DNA from: a virus
Reading direction: 5' to 3' (one strand)
IMG/VR virus record: IMGVR_UViG_3300049432_000156
Span: 13,366-77,365 of that record
DNA length: 64,000 bases
Below the pieces are notes generated by a model. That model did no database searches, was not told where the DNA came from, and worked only from the letters and a program-made list of their open reading frames with translations. Positions 17,801 through 25,199 of this stretch are shown piece after piece (the stretch's first letter is position 1; the number at the start of each line of letters is the position of its first letter). The translations under genes and the position numbers were made by a program.

Positions 17801-19819
17801 CCCTGCCCCGGTCGCAGGTCTGCCGAATGGTTTAACAATGAGGTCGATGTCCTCCGGCGCGTAATGCGTCACGTTGCGGTCATCGACAATCGCAGCCTGC
17901 CGCTTCGCCTTATCGCTCAGGAAGGCCAGAACCGTCGCCTTGTCAACGTTGATGCCACCTTTGACGATCTCGTGCGGAATCTCTGCCAGCGGAATCTTGT
18001 AAGTAGCGCGCTGCGCCGGTCCTTTGATGAGCAGAAAACCCTTCTGCTTCGGATCGTAGATGACGCTGGCTGGGAAGGTGCGCCCTGTACGCGGTTCGGG
18101 CAAGCGGCGGTTGATGGCCTCAAGGGTGAACTCCGGAAGGTCGGCGGCGATGTTGTTGCGGAGGGTTATCCTCGCTCCAGCAGGTTCAACAAATTTCGTT
18201 GCTCTGGGCGCTTCCGGTGGGATGTTTACCACTCCAGTACCACCAGACGCTATAACTGAACCTTCGCGAATTCCGCTAATACGGTAAGCCTCGTCTCTGT
18301 TAACAAAACGTCCTTTATCCGTAAGAAATCCATTCTCAAACCCCGGCTTGGCTTTGCCTTGTTCGGTTATTCCGCCAATCTCACTCAGAATAAGAGGATG
18401 CAACGGGCCAGTGTATATCTCCCCTGTTGGAGTTCTAACCGCTACAGCCACTACTTTTTCGCCGCCAGTCTCCGCATCCGCTGCTTTGACTTCGGCTTGA
18501 CCCGTTCCGGCAGGTTCTTCGGGGGCTTTCCGTATTCCCGCACCCACCGTTTCGCTACCTCCGGGTGTTGGCTGAACAACAGTCTCATCTGCGCTTTTGA
18601 TCGGAATGGCACTTGGAACCTCCTTTGGTTTTGGAACTTCAATTCCCGCCTTCAACAACTGCGGTTCGGTGATGATGTCGTCAACTTTGTAAACGCCTTC
18701 GTCGGCTGGATTGACGAACTGCCGCGTGACTCGAAATTGGCGGACTGTTCCGAATGGTTCGATTTCCTCGACGGGCGGCTCAGGGATTGGTGCCGGCTCT
18801 GGCTTGACCTCGACCGGAATCCCCTGCTCCGCGGCGGACTGGGCGGCAAGGAGCCGGGCGCGCCGATAGATTCTTTCTTCCCGGACGCCTTCTGGCGTTG
18901 CGGCGTATTCCTGCTCCCGTTGCTGGGCGAAATAATCCGTGAGCCTTCCGGCCTCCTGCCGAATCGCTCCTTCATACTCGCTCGGATGCCCGGCTGCGTA
19001 GCCAAGGACGCGTGGCAAGGCAAAGACCGCATTGGCACTGAACGATTCGGCAATTGCCCGATTGCGTTCCTCTGGCGTCATGTGCGTGTACTCCGGCAGA
19101 TTCAACACCTGCCCGACTGCCTGGAGCAATGCCTGGTCAACCGTCGTTTCAATCGCCTTCTGTGCCGTCGGATTGTTCACCAATCCAAAACGGTTGATGA
19201 GACCAGCGGCAATCGGTTTCACGACCTGTCCGACGCCCAGATATAAAGCGCCAAGCGTCCCGCTCTTGACGGCTTGGTAGGGGTCTCCGGTGGCTTCATA
19301 CGTTTCTCCTGCGAAGATCGGAGGATAAACAAACGCTGGAGGCAATTTGGTTACGGCCGTAATCGCTGCCGCTGCTGCGAGGGTCGGAGCGGTTTTCACC
19401 ATTCCAATGACACCGCTTTTTAGTCCTGCCGCAACGCCCCTGTCCTTGGCCAATTCCTGTTCGTATGGCGTCGGCTGATATGTGGTTAGCGCACTGTTGA
19501 CGTTTTCCCATCCTGGTTTCCCGGACAAGACATCCTCGCCAGCACCCGCCAGAACGTTCCCAGTTGCCCGCAGACCGCGAAAGAAGGTGCCGAGTGGGTC
19601 AAAGCGTGAGACAACGTCTGCAACATCGCCTACGGTTCCAGCACCAGCCATTTCGGAACGTAACGATGCCTTCCGCGTTTCTCTGGCAATCAGGTCGTCG
19701 GCAGAAACACTGCGCCCGATGGCGTCGAGGTCCAGAGGTGGGGCGGGCTGTGGAGAATCTGCTACCGCACCAGCAGCGCGGCCAATCGCATCGAGGTCAA
19801 GGATGTCAGCATCAGGCAT
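8810..19819 (-). CDS. Giant (3669 aa) polyvalent virion/ejection protein with GHKL ATPase and two zincin metallopeptidase motifs
   Basis: KELLQNAFD/DTGTGM/GGLGLAK/GTTVTV GHKL boxes; AHEFFH...EEFFA and IHEITH HExxH motifs; last gene of tail/ejection block. Confidence 0.85.
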   Translation of the reverse strand: MPDADILDLDAIGRAAGAVADSPQPAPPLDLDAIGRSVSADDLIARETRKASLRSEMAGAGTVGDVADVVSRFDPLGTFFRGLRATGNVLAGAGEDVLSGKPGWENVNSALTTYQPTPYEQELAKDRGVAAGLKSGVIGMVKTAPTLAAAAAITAVTKLPPAFVYPPIFAGETYEATGDPYQAVKSGTLGALYLGVGQVVKPIAAGLINRFGLVNNPTAQKAIETTVDQALLQAVGQVLNLPEYTHMTPEERNRAIAESFSANAVFALPRVLGYAAGHPSEYEGAIRQEAGRLTDYFAQQREQEYAATPEGVREERIYRRARLLAAQSAAEQGIPVEVKPEPAPIPEPPVEEIEPFGTVRQFRVTRQFVNPADEGVYKVDDIITEPQLLKAGIEVPKPKEVPSAIPIKSADETVVQPTPGGSETVGAGIRKAPEEPAGTGQAEVKAADAETGGEKVVAVAVRTPTGEIYTGPLHPLILSEIGGITEQGKAKPGFENGFLTDKGRFVNRDEAYRISGIREGSVIASGGTGVVNIPPEAPRATKFVEPAGARITLRNNIAADLPEFTLEAINRRLPEPRTGRTFPASVIYDPKQKGFLLIKGPAQRATYKIPLAEIPHEIVKGGINVDKATVLAFLSDKAKRQAAIVDDRNVTHYAPEDIDLIVKPFGRPATGAGTPLQPVPLEELPKVQKKVGQPVSGRRPMLDITRRAFDDLREKNPQLVEQLLGRRPEELDDAFWNGIRDELLRENEEIKKLPDPVAAADALVNDLRRLKDGNDLEWQMAISQGGGLSDLPLPYGLTQTDVDAAGGIKQALEAAYERTKADAARERASDIWSWNTQNRRWGQVWSDYKQDQVTRNWRVVAGLEGDLRGLDVATFRTEEAARQFAKDFREGRIFALENNERWVRMVESAEKARPFTDTEGTSPRDLKLALHARGRATGVTPEGQSFDIFSLRNSYERPLQASVPKGWEGIPGTAQNSQEAANIQEARALVEHPLNGLDEEHRAVLRDILNSPVAGYLNGRQIRFRLVDGIQGRDRGLAGFYDPVDQIIEVARYRDPFVGAHEFFHPLWEMVQDSDRLNVKRWRDDAIARALQTATGKDLADLQKLAAGEMGYRRFIDEGIDNKFYNWSSSEEFFAHMMTDRFARDRQGIWGQAKEILASQDAFLSKVRQILAVIFDAIRQRVPGLRTQADILQRTILDGKYDVTPETSFLSHDTQAGLEGPSGMWVSPEGDITPVSMFEHEFTARRLLGEDFKPGKGVPEYQLDKKRYARGVFDRKSNTLLVDATQPLTNTARRAVKDYAIEHGINAVFGTDTSISYGLAKDYIHTGHERGTQAAIDEQFDELKDKGSHILRAGPGDVEIELDINKKQLMALVGPQMYSKPIVEVATKELLQNAFDTARSAGATYENPGTIEIKTDYSNRTLMVKDTGTGMTPEIIRTAFFTIGGTYKTGSLENTSGGLGLAKMAFILGSEHIRVESNRNGLKSVVDASSDQIRSSKFKIQTERTDEPNGTTVTVKIPENYTDAYGEQKSIYFNSYPSFLTQPLIGPVRVIFNGTELPIGVKLEGWQKENEFNFGWGRIDLYIDPREKRDYPTTHVLSAGLKQFEADPYGWNDKKLPYNLILDVRPKVKTDNAAYPFNNQREGWRATIKEDVDAMYTFLKRMAVEQELLQAKEAFTSIRQLEKVDPMKDWTPEEMADMERRYFRKKSEPPPPIRKPKEIESVDFRGPDVVIHYRDGTAITESKQEYVRKTFEAKREIDLKKTEIDVSDMDPSVPNLHNNVAVEFDDIPRAGTLITETGNVLLNFMREWGKKVGGEYEQLTDASITGWFGGISFDKNYRGLNMVKPMRAIWFNLGLFSNAGRSSPAAAASEALHIFIHEITHVAARTEGADFTAELANNYARLRSADIPVEIFEGTLDKIFTTNWEAFNEINDRLQNYNTRNRAESFQSSSAVGPERPGEAARPGEGPLGVNAPGVVGIPEQGRAGLGRTGPADRAAGPIGDILAGQARAEPPSISRSRGTQAALESRQAVEEYVKPLEETRTPEYFRAMASVINKGLVPSSVIPRYTALPAGIRGELEDMFGGRIGTHRETGPTFAQVMADPNITPEKKAEHAHNAFVEWNLYQAEKLKILSKVEAAAVDHAQAITDRITATPETNEAQVERTNRLGEIIDKIHTEQIAVGEKAHTNAVIGEGIEHIAELNDLLSQPVAHARALSGITRLVGRAALTAERPGENVLELIATQTGSPGLSPPLTVRAWVRQLATHLDQIQTPEGNKAINAGRDVIEATLWGLRQIGDWRQALLEVQMTADGTLRRFNADYLNDLRSRTPRGFNAILKEYAKAQVESDALSAAARRLDRRIETLTEKKANLEAAAQFLNEHDANPEFVAFGKQMQRATGAIKDIKNTVDGVVVTYEHPLTGADVEVDYRFGGQVELLLKLNALKDAGLEYAARPDADPIKAAGWMHFAEYIDAQILASHADNDRLTDPSWFNPIKWFNFVTKSKYGLISATTASRIPGALNLKMIRAGNAYSLALKTNNALQKKFDEIIRGTNLKAMRSHPGMTLDRWRDEVASFIHDSRQHTGQTLYNVGEHTPFGHVITKEDMAAIRTQYEFEQHLVRLAQRAGFESALAEDPAMIKEHELRMFRAPLSRGPGTIPRFLPPSSRELPALWKSARENNQIDQFLSAGDRYKRVVLGHVLEDERPYFQLGQGKFAEDYKRIRNEREILFREGRMPASLDELAQFIADRYNQRIAGSDPPLPPATAGEVRRKLIDEVNEFMLKVSDDNARKATAANVDITVHENEFTQPRGGKIAPGTLYRYGTTDPVDAFRKGANALEFYVIKYRDSLRSLNTALLAEKTALSKTLKDAYGGTGWQARRKLNAAIVSGNESVQKHQMAIWEVNRDIARIGRLLNNVTDIAKRGEGFFGDDIASRMFMPWWNFAVSNVLLAPMTLITNGVSGEFMWALKTAEIRKGGWLWVTGHLVKDWVRTAIKTAALAELKVPYLKWKGEPVSLRPGAKALRAMKTNAVKRLLDNRDLREAATEIVSGMAQEAADREQQARMGMIDRFSYREAMGTNAEWTLAENFKAAMAAFRDIHADPSLSGSKEAFGYIGMIPRAGQVLLRHGFMRSVDNWINVKSIAKEQSLGRSLEVRAMRAFDSRLENDPEFARLYREYGDNYKRFSGVLIGPDGKGELLSPAELTGKDPIIVGLTMRKAAVQLRNMFLENNDPVDLIMLKYWWNKTHPNGNRTAPIMTPAQRYALQFKMAEDTNMGTPTSRPTYFMGSKERQIGGVLGQWFLWNTDKLQELFAKVRGQKGSDVRYLPFVFGFLIASGIAGLVARIPGQRANDALFNTISSQPDFLDADNDDDRWKILLSVAANFWGAAGSIFKGFKDTPGKLGLRNPIFGANYVTDLLQTMAKIYQSRDAGPAVDFLARYSPVARALINRAPSREGLVKMRNAANELRANTPESLEAKRRQPSSGNDLRVTPMTPLYNTILNAAAVGDWSTADEAFAKAVEQSRASGNPNPEQAIISAIRTRAPESAVFSRVLTDGEREMIYSRMTPEALGRQNEANAVFNQIASRYGTGGGGATARSFGGGRGFGAVPSESSGAFSDIGGFGGSRSRLSLGSPRGVRSGFRSRSLRRGLRTRSLLRGASRRPRQSRLRRLAV
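13752..15829. repeat. 14-bp exact direct repeats GCGGCTTGGGTGCC (13752-13765, 15816-15829) flanking the GHKL-zincin module
   Basis: Read directly; third copy 11/14 at 16170-16183; all encode TQA(A/G)(L/I)(E/D). Confidence 0.75.
13777..14037 (-). CDS. Nested out-of-frame ORF (86 aa, helical) inside giant gene
   Basis: GGGAGG-6 nt-ATG; MKSMTDSKITIQGIVPRVFNLL...LEELDRQIALL; host frame is a G/R/A/P linker here. Confidence 0.55.
   Translation of the reverse strand: MKSMTDSKITIQGIVPRVFNLLQPLAPNDPVKLHGLVKVHLESMRRELSAFRNKDVPALEELDRQIALLAQSGTSLPGRPARNLPA
18451..18612 (-). CDS. Nested out-of-frame ORF (53 aa, MPFxSKAQ-type small basic phage protein)
   Basis: AAAGGAGGT-TCCAA-GTG; PFRSKAQMRLLFSQHPEVAKRWVREYG...LPERVK. 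Confidence 0.75.
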   Translation of the reverse strand: MPFRSKAQMRLLFSQHPEVAKRWVREYGKPPKNLPERVKPKSKQRMRRLAAKK

Positions 19820-19826
19820 CGCACAC

Positions 19827-20930
19827 TTAGTTCATCAGGCTGCGGAAGTCCAATGGGTCGGTCGGCTGCGGTGTAGGCAGAACCGCGCGCCTGCTCTGTA
19901 GCAATTGCCCGATGATGGCTTTGTAGGCAGCCGGGCGTTGCTCCGCTGGAATAGCAATCAACTGCCGTTGCAACACCGCATCATCTTCAGGAGTGAGCAA
20001 CACAGTGGTTGAACCGAGCAATCGCCGCACAGACGGAGTTCCAAGCGTGGCTGTCGGCGCGACTGGCGCAGTCACCGGCGCTTTGATACCGAACATGTCC
20101 GCTGCTGAACTCAGAACCTTGTCCACAATCGGCTGGCCGACTGCCGTGATGGCTTGAGCTTCCGGAGACATTGGCCCCAGCGCGGCAGGATTTGCCGCGG
20201 CATCGGGAGGAGCAACGTTGGGAGTCGCATCCAGGGCGGCGGCGCCCGGATTCGATGGATCGCCGGGAGGCTTCAAAGTTGGCTTCGGCGGCACGATGGC
20301 CTTGCCAGTCTCATCGTACTGCACCGGCTTGAACGTGAATGTGTCCGGGTCCGGAATCAGTGATTGCGCAGTGCCCTTCTCGGATTTCAAACCCAGATAG
20401 ACGGCGTCAAACGCGTCTCGATTGATCTTTTGTCGAACCGGATGGTTAGGGTCATCAAAACTTTTTTCCCATGTGAATAAATGTCCAGCAGCTTTGGCGT
20501 CAGCCACCCTCTTGTTCACTTCAATCTGATACAGCGCGTTGGCCCTCTGAGCGTCGTTAATGGCAGCGGCATTGGCGTCGATGATTTCAGATTTCCGGCG
20601 CTCCGCTTCCAAGTCGGTGCGCGGAACCCTCGCCGCCTTATCCGTGTCGGCCTGTTGTTGAAGGATTTTGTTTCGCGCCTCTTCAGCTTTCTCCTGCGAT
20701 GTGAGCTGCTGCATCCGGAACAAATTGGCCTGATCCTGGCTCTGCTGCTGACCGCGAAGCTGGGCCTGGGCCAATTGGCTCTGGGCCATTATTTGCTGGC
20801 GCGCGATCTCATTCGCAGCGGCTTGCTGGTCCGTCTGACGTTGTGCCGCTCTCTGCGCGAATTCACTGGCGAATAGCTGGCCGACTGCCGGATTCGTCGA
20901 GGCAAAAGGTTGGATGTCGAAGTAAGCCAT
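19827..20930 (-). CDS. Internal virion/ejection protein (Q/A/P-rich)
   Basis: Composition and position directly before giant gene. Confidence 0.6.
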   Translation of the reverse strand: MAYFDIQPFASTNPAVGQLFASEFAQRAAQRQTDQQAAANEIARQQIMAQSQLAQAQLRGQQQSQDQANLFRMQQLTSQEKAEEARNKILQQQADTDKAARVPRTDLEAERRKSEIIDANAAAINDAQRANALYQIEVNKRVADAKAAGHLFTWEKSFDDPNHPVRQKINRDAFDAVYLGLKSEKGTAQSLIPDPDTFTFKPVQYDETGKAIVPPKPTLKPPGDPSNPGAAALDATPNVAPPDAAANPAALGPMSPEAQAITAVGQPIVDKVLSSAADMFGIKAPVTAPVAPTATLGTPSVRRLLGSTTVLLTPEDDAVLQRQLIAIPAEQRPAAYKAIIGQLLQSRRAVLPTPQPTDPLDFRSLMN

Positions 20931-20933
20931 TGC

Positions 20934-22040
20934 TCAGTCACCGCCACCAAACTGATAATTGAAATCCTCCTGTGCCGAATTCGGTTGGTAATTGCCCCAA
21001 CCGTAAGCCGAGCCATCATAGGGTGAGCTTCCACCGCCTTGGCCACCGCCGTACATCTTCATGAGCATCTGGATGAGCTGCATGATTTGTTGTTGGTTTC
21101 CGCCACCGCCACCGCCACCGCCACCGCCTCGACCTCCTTGCTGTGCCAATCGCGATTTCCCAAGGTCGCTTCCCGCAGAAGCCCATGAACCCGCTCCTGA
21201 TGATCCTGGTTGGCCTCCACCGGTAACGCCCGCACCCCCAAGGAAACCGCTGCCATAGGCGCGTTCGTAAAGGCTCAAGGCATCGTTTGCCTCACTGACG
21301 ATTCCTCCCTGCACCTCATTGAATCCACGCCCGATTCTTTCGGCGAGTCCCGGTTGCCGGTAGTACGCCCGGTTTTTGTCCTCCTGTGTAGCGATGGCCC
21401 CGAGGTTCCCCAAGTTCGCCTGTACATCCGACCGAGCCAATCGAGTCGGTTCGAGGTAACGCATCGCCGGGGTATCCAACTGACGATATTGTTCGCCTGA
21501 GCCAATCACGTTCATCCGATTCAAAAAGTTCTCTTGGCCAAGTTGCCCGGCAGTTTGATACGCCTGATTCGTTGACCCAAGAAGATTTGGCACCGCTTGA
21601 GATGCGAGTTGCTGCTGAATTCTCCCTTGGAGCAAAGCGTCGTATGTCCCGCCGCCCTGCCCGCCATAACCCGCCCTGGCCTGTTGTTCCTTCCGTTGCC
21701 GCGTGAGATCCGCCAATGCCGGGTTGATGAGAAAACTTCCAAGAGCGTCCTGATTCATCTTCAGGATGTCACCATAGGATTTCGTCGGATCATACGCGCC
21801 AGTCGCGTACTGATTCAGAAAACCGAGGTTGCCTTTGGAAATATTCTGAGCTTGCGGCATGTTCGCTGCGTAAGCCGCCAGGTAGTTTGCATTATTGGCG
21901 GGTGAAGCGGACGTGTCGTACTCGGACCAGATGCTGCCCAGACGCGCCTGTCGCGCGGGATCGATGGTGCTCCAGCGGACGTCCGGCTTATCGGTTCTGA
22001 AGGCACCGGCTATGGCGCCCGGGATTGATTGACCCGGCAT
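20934..22040 (-). CDS. Internal virion/ejection (pilot-like) protein, G/Q-rich
   Basis: Q/A/G-rich with poly-Gly tail; position. Confidence 0.6.
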   Translation of the reverse strand: MPGQSIPGAIAGAFRTDKPDVRWSTIDPARQARLGSIWSEYDTSASPANNANYLAAYAANMPQAQNISKGNLGFLNQYATGAYDPTKSYGDILKMNQDALGSFLINPALADLTRQRKEQQARAGYGGQGGGTYDALLQGRIQQQLASQAVPNLLGSTNQAYQTAGQLGQENFLNRMNVIGSGEQYRQLDTPAMRYLEPTRLARSDVQANLGNLGAIATQEDKNRAYYRQPGLAERIGRGFNEVQGGIVSEANDALSLYERAYGSGFLGGAGVTGGGQPGSSGAGSWASAGSDLGKSRLAQQGGRGGGGGGGGGGNQQQIMQLIQMLMKMYGGGQGGGSSPYDGSAYGWGNYQPNSAQEDFNYQFGGGD

Positions 22041-22083
22041 GGCGCATCTTTACGCCTCAACACCGTGCGATGCAAAGGGTTTT

Positions 22084-22359
22084 TTAGGCGCGCTTCGGCC
22101 ACGCGTAGATGAAGAACAGCGGGCCGATGTGACAACCAACGAACCAGGCAACGCAAACCTCACTCTTTCTATCCTCAGCCAATCTGAAAACGTTCGTGTC
22201 CCCCCAAGAGATCGAGATGCCCCAGTACCGCCAATTGCACTTTATCTCCAAGCCTCGTGCTCCGATTCGGTTCTTGACCATATGCACGGTATTATAGTCA
22301 ACACGCGGCCCTGGCGGACGATTCAGCACACATTCGTATTTTGAATCTAACTGGCTCAT
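22084..22359 (-). CDS. Hypothetical protein
   Basis: ATGA-coupled 91-aa ORF. Confidence 0.45.
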   Translation of the reverse strand: MSQLDSKYECVLNRPPGPRVDYNTVHMVKNRIGARGLEIKCNWRYWGISISWGDTNVFRLAEDRKSEVCVAWFVGCHIGPLFFIYAWPKRA

Positions 22360-22577
22360 GGTGGAACATCTCGTGCCGCCAGCAACGCCTCGCTCAACAA
22401 GTTTTTCAGCCGCTCATCCCGAAGGCGTGAGGCTTCGTTGAACGCTTCAACGGCCAGTTGCATTTCCGGAAAACGCGAGAATTTCGAGGCGTCAATCTGC
22501 GGTGCGGGACCGAGCGACAGACTTTTCAGAGCCTCGCTCCTTCTCGAAATCCGTGCAATGTCAGCGGCGGTGGCCAC
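22356..22577 (-). CDS. Hypothetical protein
   Basis: 73 aa in structural operon. Confidence 0.55.
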   Translation of the reverse strand: MATAADIARISRRSEALKSLSLGPAPQIDASKFSRFPEMQLAVEAFNEASRLRDERLKNLLSEALLAARDVPP

Positions 22578-22583
22578 AGATCA

Positions 22584-23252
22584 TTACAATGGCCAATCCA
22601 CCTCTATCCAGCTCATAAAGCAAGCGTAGAGCGTAGCTGACGCGGCGTGTGCGGCGAGTCCGAGCGCGGCCCCCGGCGGGACGATGATACTTCCAGCGGT
22701 TTCTTCCGTCACATAGGCGGTGACGGCTTGTGCAACAGCCGGCGCGGTCGTCATCTGGGAATTGGCGTAGAGCGGCCGCAGATAGGTGAAGGCGGGTGCC
22801 CCAGTTGGCACGGTGTTGACGAACGTGCGCATTGAGCTTGCGGCAGGCGTTGTCAGAAGTCCAGACGCCGCACCAGCGCCACCCGCCGCAGTGATGCCAG
22901 CAGGTGAAGGGATGTAGTTCCAGCAGATGATGGAGGCCGTTTGCGTCGTGACAACATTCACCGCGCTAAAGCCTGCCAGCAAAATGACCGCCGCCTGACC
23001 GCTCCCAACCGGGTTGAAGATTCCGACAAACGGTTGACCCGTCGTCACTGGTATCGGCGAAACGTTTGCCGCTGCTGGCGCTACTCCAGTCGGTGCCGCC
23101 GCGATAGTAAATATGCGGTTCAACCTGGCCGCTTCAAAATACCTTCCGTGGCCGACATCGTTCGTTATCAACTCCGAGTAGGGTCCGACACGCAAGGCGC
23201 TCGTGACACCGGATGTCACCTTTCGTTCACTGGCAATTCCTTCAGCATGCAT
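22584..23252 (-). CDS. Putative virion structural protein
   Basis: A/G/T/V-rich beta protein ending WIEVD. Confidence 0.6.
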   Translation of the reverse strand: MHAEGIASERKVTSGVTSALRVGPYSELITNDVGHGRYFEAARLNRIFTIAAAPTGVAPAAANVSPIPVTTGQPFVGIFNPVGSGQAAVILLAGFSAVNVVTTQTASIICWNYIPSPAGITAAGGAGAASGLLTTPAASSMRTFVNTVPTGAPAFTYLRPLYANSQMTTAPAVAQAVTAYVTEETAGSIIVPPGAALGLAAHAASATLYACFMSWIEVDWPL

Positions 23253-23445
23253 ATTGTTCCATTTCCTTTTGAAGTTCGGCGGGCATAGAAAATCCTTGCT
23301 CGGTCAAAGAGAACAGGAGCAGCCGGAAGTTTTGTTGCAGTTGTTGAAAGTCCGATTGGCCAGTCAGCTTCGTCTTGTCCGGGTCAAGTCCGTCCTGCCG
23401 TTGCAACTGCTGAACAGCGGCTTTGTCGTCCAGCACCAATGGCAC
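23242..23445 (-). CDS. Hypothetical protein
   Basis: GTG start just after upstream stop; fills gap. Confidence 0.45.
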   Translation of the reverse strand: MPLVLDDKAAVQQLQRQDGLDPDKTKLTGQSDFQQLQQNFRLLLFSLTEQGFSMPAELQKEMEQYAC

Positions 23446-23453
23446 ACGGCTGC

Positions 23454-23942
23454 TCACAATAGAATCGGAGGCTGAATAGCAATCATCAGTTCCGTCGTTG
23501 AAAGTGCTGTGCCCACCCGCGTAACGCTCTGCCCAACTGTGATTGGGGCGGTTGCAGTGAGTTTTCCGGCTGTCGTTGGAGACAAGTAATAATCCGTGCC
23601 AAACGTCAAGCCACCACTTCCCGATTCCACCACCGCATCCCACTGCGCCGTTGTTGCCGTAAGCACCCCGGCCACCATGACCGAACCCGAAACGCCATTA
23701 GTGATTGAAGGGCTGACGGCTACCAGACCGCGCGCTTTGGACGTGCTGGGCGCGTCCGCCTTTGCCTTGAGAAACGAATCGGCGGCATTGATGTACACCG
23801 GCGCGCCGATGACGGCCGGAGAGGCTTCGCCGTTCACAAGCACAACAACATCACCACCGGATTGCGGTGCGTCGATGGAATCTCCAGATTGAAGAGCCTG
23901 TATGGCCCCCGACACGAGCACAAGCGGTTTCCTGATTGCCAT
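23454..23942 (-). CDS. Capsid cement/decoration or tail accessory protein (DUF2190-like)
   Basis: IGAPVYI...ARGLV...GTDYYLS...GKLTATAP...RVGTALS. Confidence 0.65.
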   Translation of the reverse strand: MAIRKPLVLVSGAIQALQSGDSIDAPQSGGDVVVLVNGEASPAVIGAPVYINAADSFLKAKADAPSTSKARGLVAVSPSITNGVSGSVMVAGVLTATTAQWDAVVESGSGGLTFGTDYYLSPTTAGKLTATAPITVGQSVTRVGTALSTTELMIAIQPPILL

Positions 23943-23948
23943 GTCTGA

Positions 23949-24446
23949 TTAGAGTAGCACAGGCTCGCCCGAATCAACTACCAATTTCGTCGGCCCTGAC
24001 GCCGTTCCCATCCTTTGCACAAACCCGCTTGTCGGCGGCGCGCTGGCCAGTCCTGTGCCGTTCAAGAACACCGCGTCACCCTTGGTCCAACGCCAATCCG
24101 GGTTCACGATCTCGCCCACGACGATGATGCTGCCGGCACGTCCTTGATCGATGTCGCTGGAAGCCAGGCCAAGCACCCTGCCGAAACTGGCGCTCGGGTT
24201 GTTGGAGTCGGCGCGTAGCCCAAGACTCGTGACCGGGTCGAACCTCAGTATTTTCTCAGCGGCGACAAAGTCCACTTCAACGGCCGCCTCCGGGATTTCC
24301 AGCGCCAGTTTCGCCGCGGGCAGATTCGCGATTGTGATCTTGGAGAAGTCCAACGTAAGCCCGCTCGGGAAATCAACCAGGGCTTTGGCCGTGGCTTCAG
24401 TCTTCGCCCTGGCACGACCGGCGGCGCGTCTGCTGTCTTCTGGCAT
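23949..24446 (-). CDS. DUF2190-like structural protein, paralogue of downstream gene
   Basis: VLGLA...GEIVNPDWRWTKGDAVFL...GFVQRMG. Confidence 0.6.
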   Translation of the reverse strand: MPEDSRRAAGRARAKTEATAKALVDFPSGLTLDFSKITIANLPAAKLALEIPEAAVEVDFVAAEKILRFDPVTSLGLRADSNNPSASFGRVLGLASSDIDQGRAGSIIVVGEIVNPDWRWTKGDAVFLNGTGLASAPPTSGFVQRMGTASGPTKLVVDSGEPVLL

Positions 24447-24554
24447 ATCAAAACACAATTTTCTTTTCTCCCGGTGGGGTCAAGGCATAATCGCAGCACG
24501 GGTCGGTTACAGCCGACTCCGTGCCGCTGAACACAACGTTGAAAGACCAACGCC

Positions 24555-25199
24555 ATGCCAAACCGAAAATCCTACATAGGGCAGAGATACGCAATGCTTG
24601 TTATCATTCGCGATGGCCCAGATTACCACTGTCCGTCTGGGGGCAAGCCGGTCCGCACATTCATCTGCGAGTGTGATTGCGGAAATATCGTGACAGTCCA
24701 CAGGACAAAATGGAGGTATACGCGATCTTGCAGACCGTGTGCTCATCTCAGTCATGGGCACGCCCGGCGAAGTGGGCTTAGCCGAACGTATCGGTCTTGG
24801 AGGAACATGATCCAGAGATGCGAAAACCCCAACTGCTTAGAATTTCACAGGTATGGCGGCGATGGCGTTACGATCTGCGAGCGATGGCATTCTTTTCCGG
24901 AGTTTCTTGCCGACATGGGCGAATGCCCTCCAAGACTCACAATCGAACGCGTCGATAATGAGGCTGGATATTTCCCGGGTAACTGCATTTGGGCGACTTA
25001 CAAAACGCAGAACAGAAATCAATCGAGCAATATCGTGCTCAGTTTTTCTGGTGTCACTGCATGTCTGGGGGAATTGTGCGAGCGTTTCAATATGCCGTAC
25101 TACAAGGTTTATTATTTGCTGTCACGCGGGTGGTCTATTGAGGATGCGTTTGCAAGATTTAGAACTCAGACTTCGCTACCGACAAGCCGACACCGCTAA
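24555..25199 (+). CDS. HNH homing endonuclease
   Basis: CECDCG, WRNMIQRC, YGGDG, FLADMG, TIERVDNEAGYFPGNCIWAT. Confidence 0.9.
   Translation: MPNRKSYIGQRYAMLVIIRDGPDYHCPSGGKPVRTFICECDCGNIVTVHRTKWRYTRSCRPCAHLSHGHARRSGLSRTYRSWRNMIQRCENPNCLEFHRYGGDGVTICERWHSFPEFLADMGECPPRLTIERVDNEAGYFPGNCIWATYKTQNRNQSSNIVLSFSGVTACLGELCERFNMPYYKVYYLLSRGWSIEDAFARFRTQTSLPTSRHR

Noticed and set aside
8810-19819. Giant protein as virion RNA polymerase
   Set aside because: No DxDGD/DFDID or T7/N4-type polymerase motifs recognised
21100-21130. (CCACCG)n tandem repeat, and (CCAACG)n at about 55115-55135
   Set aside because: These simply encode poly-Gly and Pro-Thr linkers
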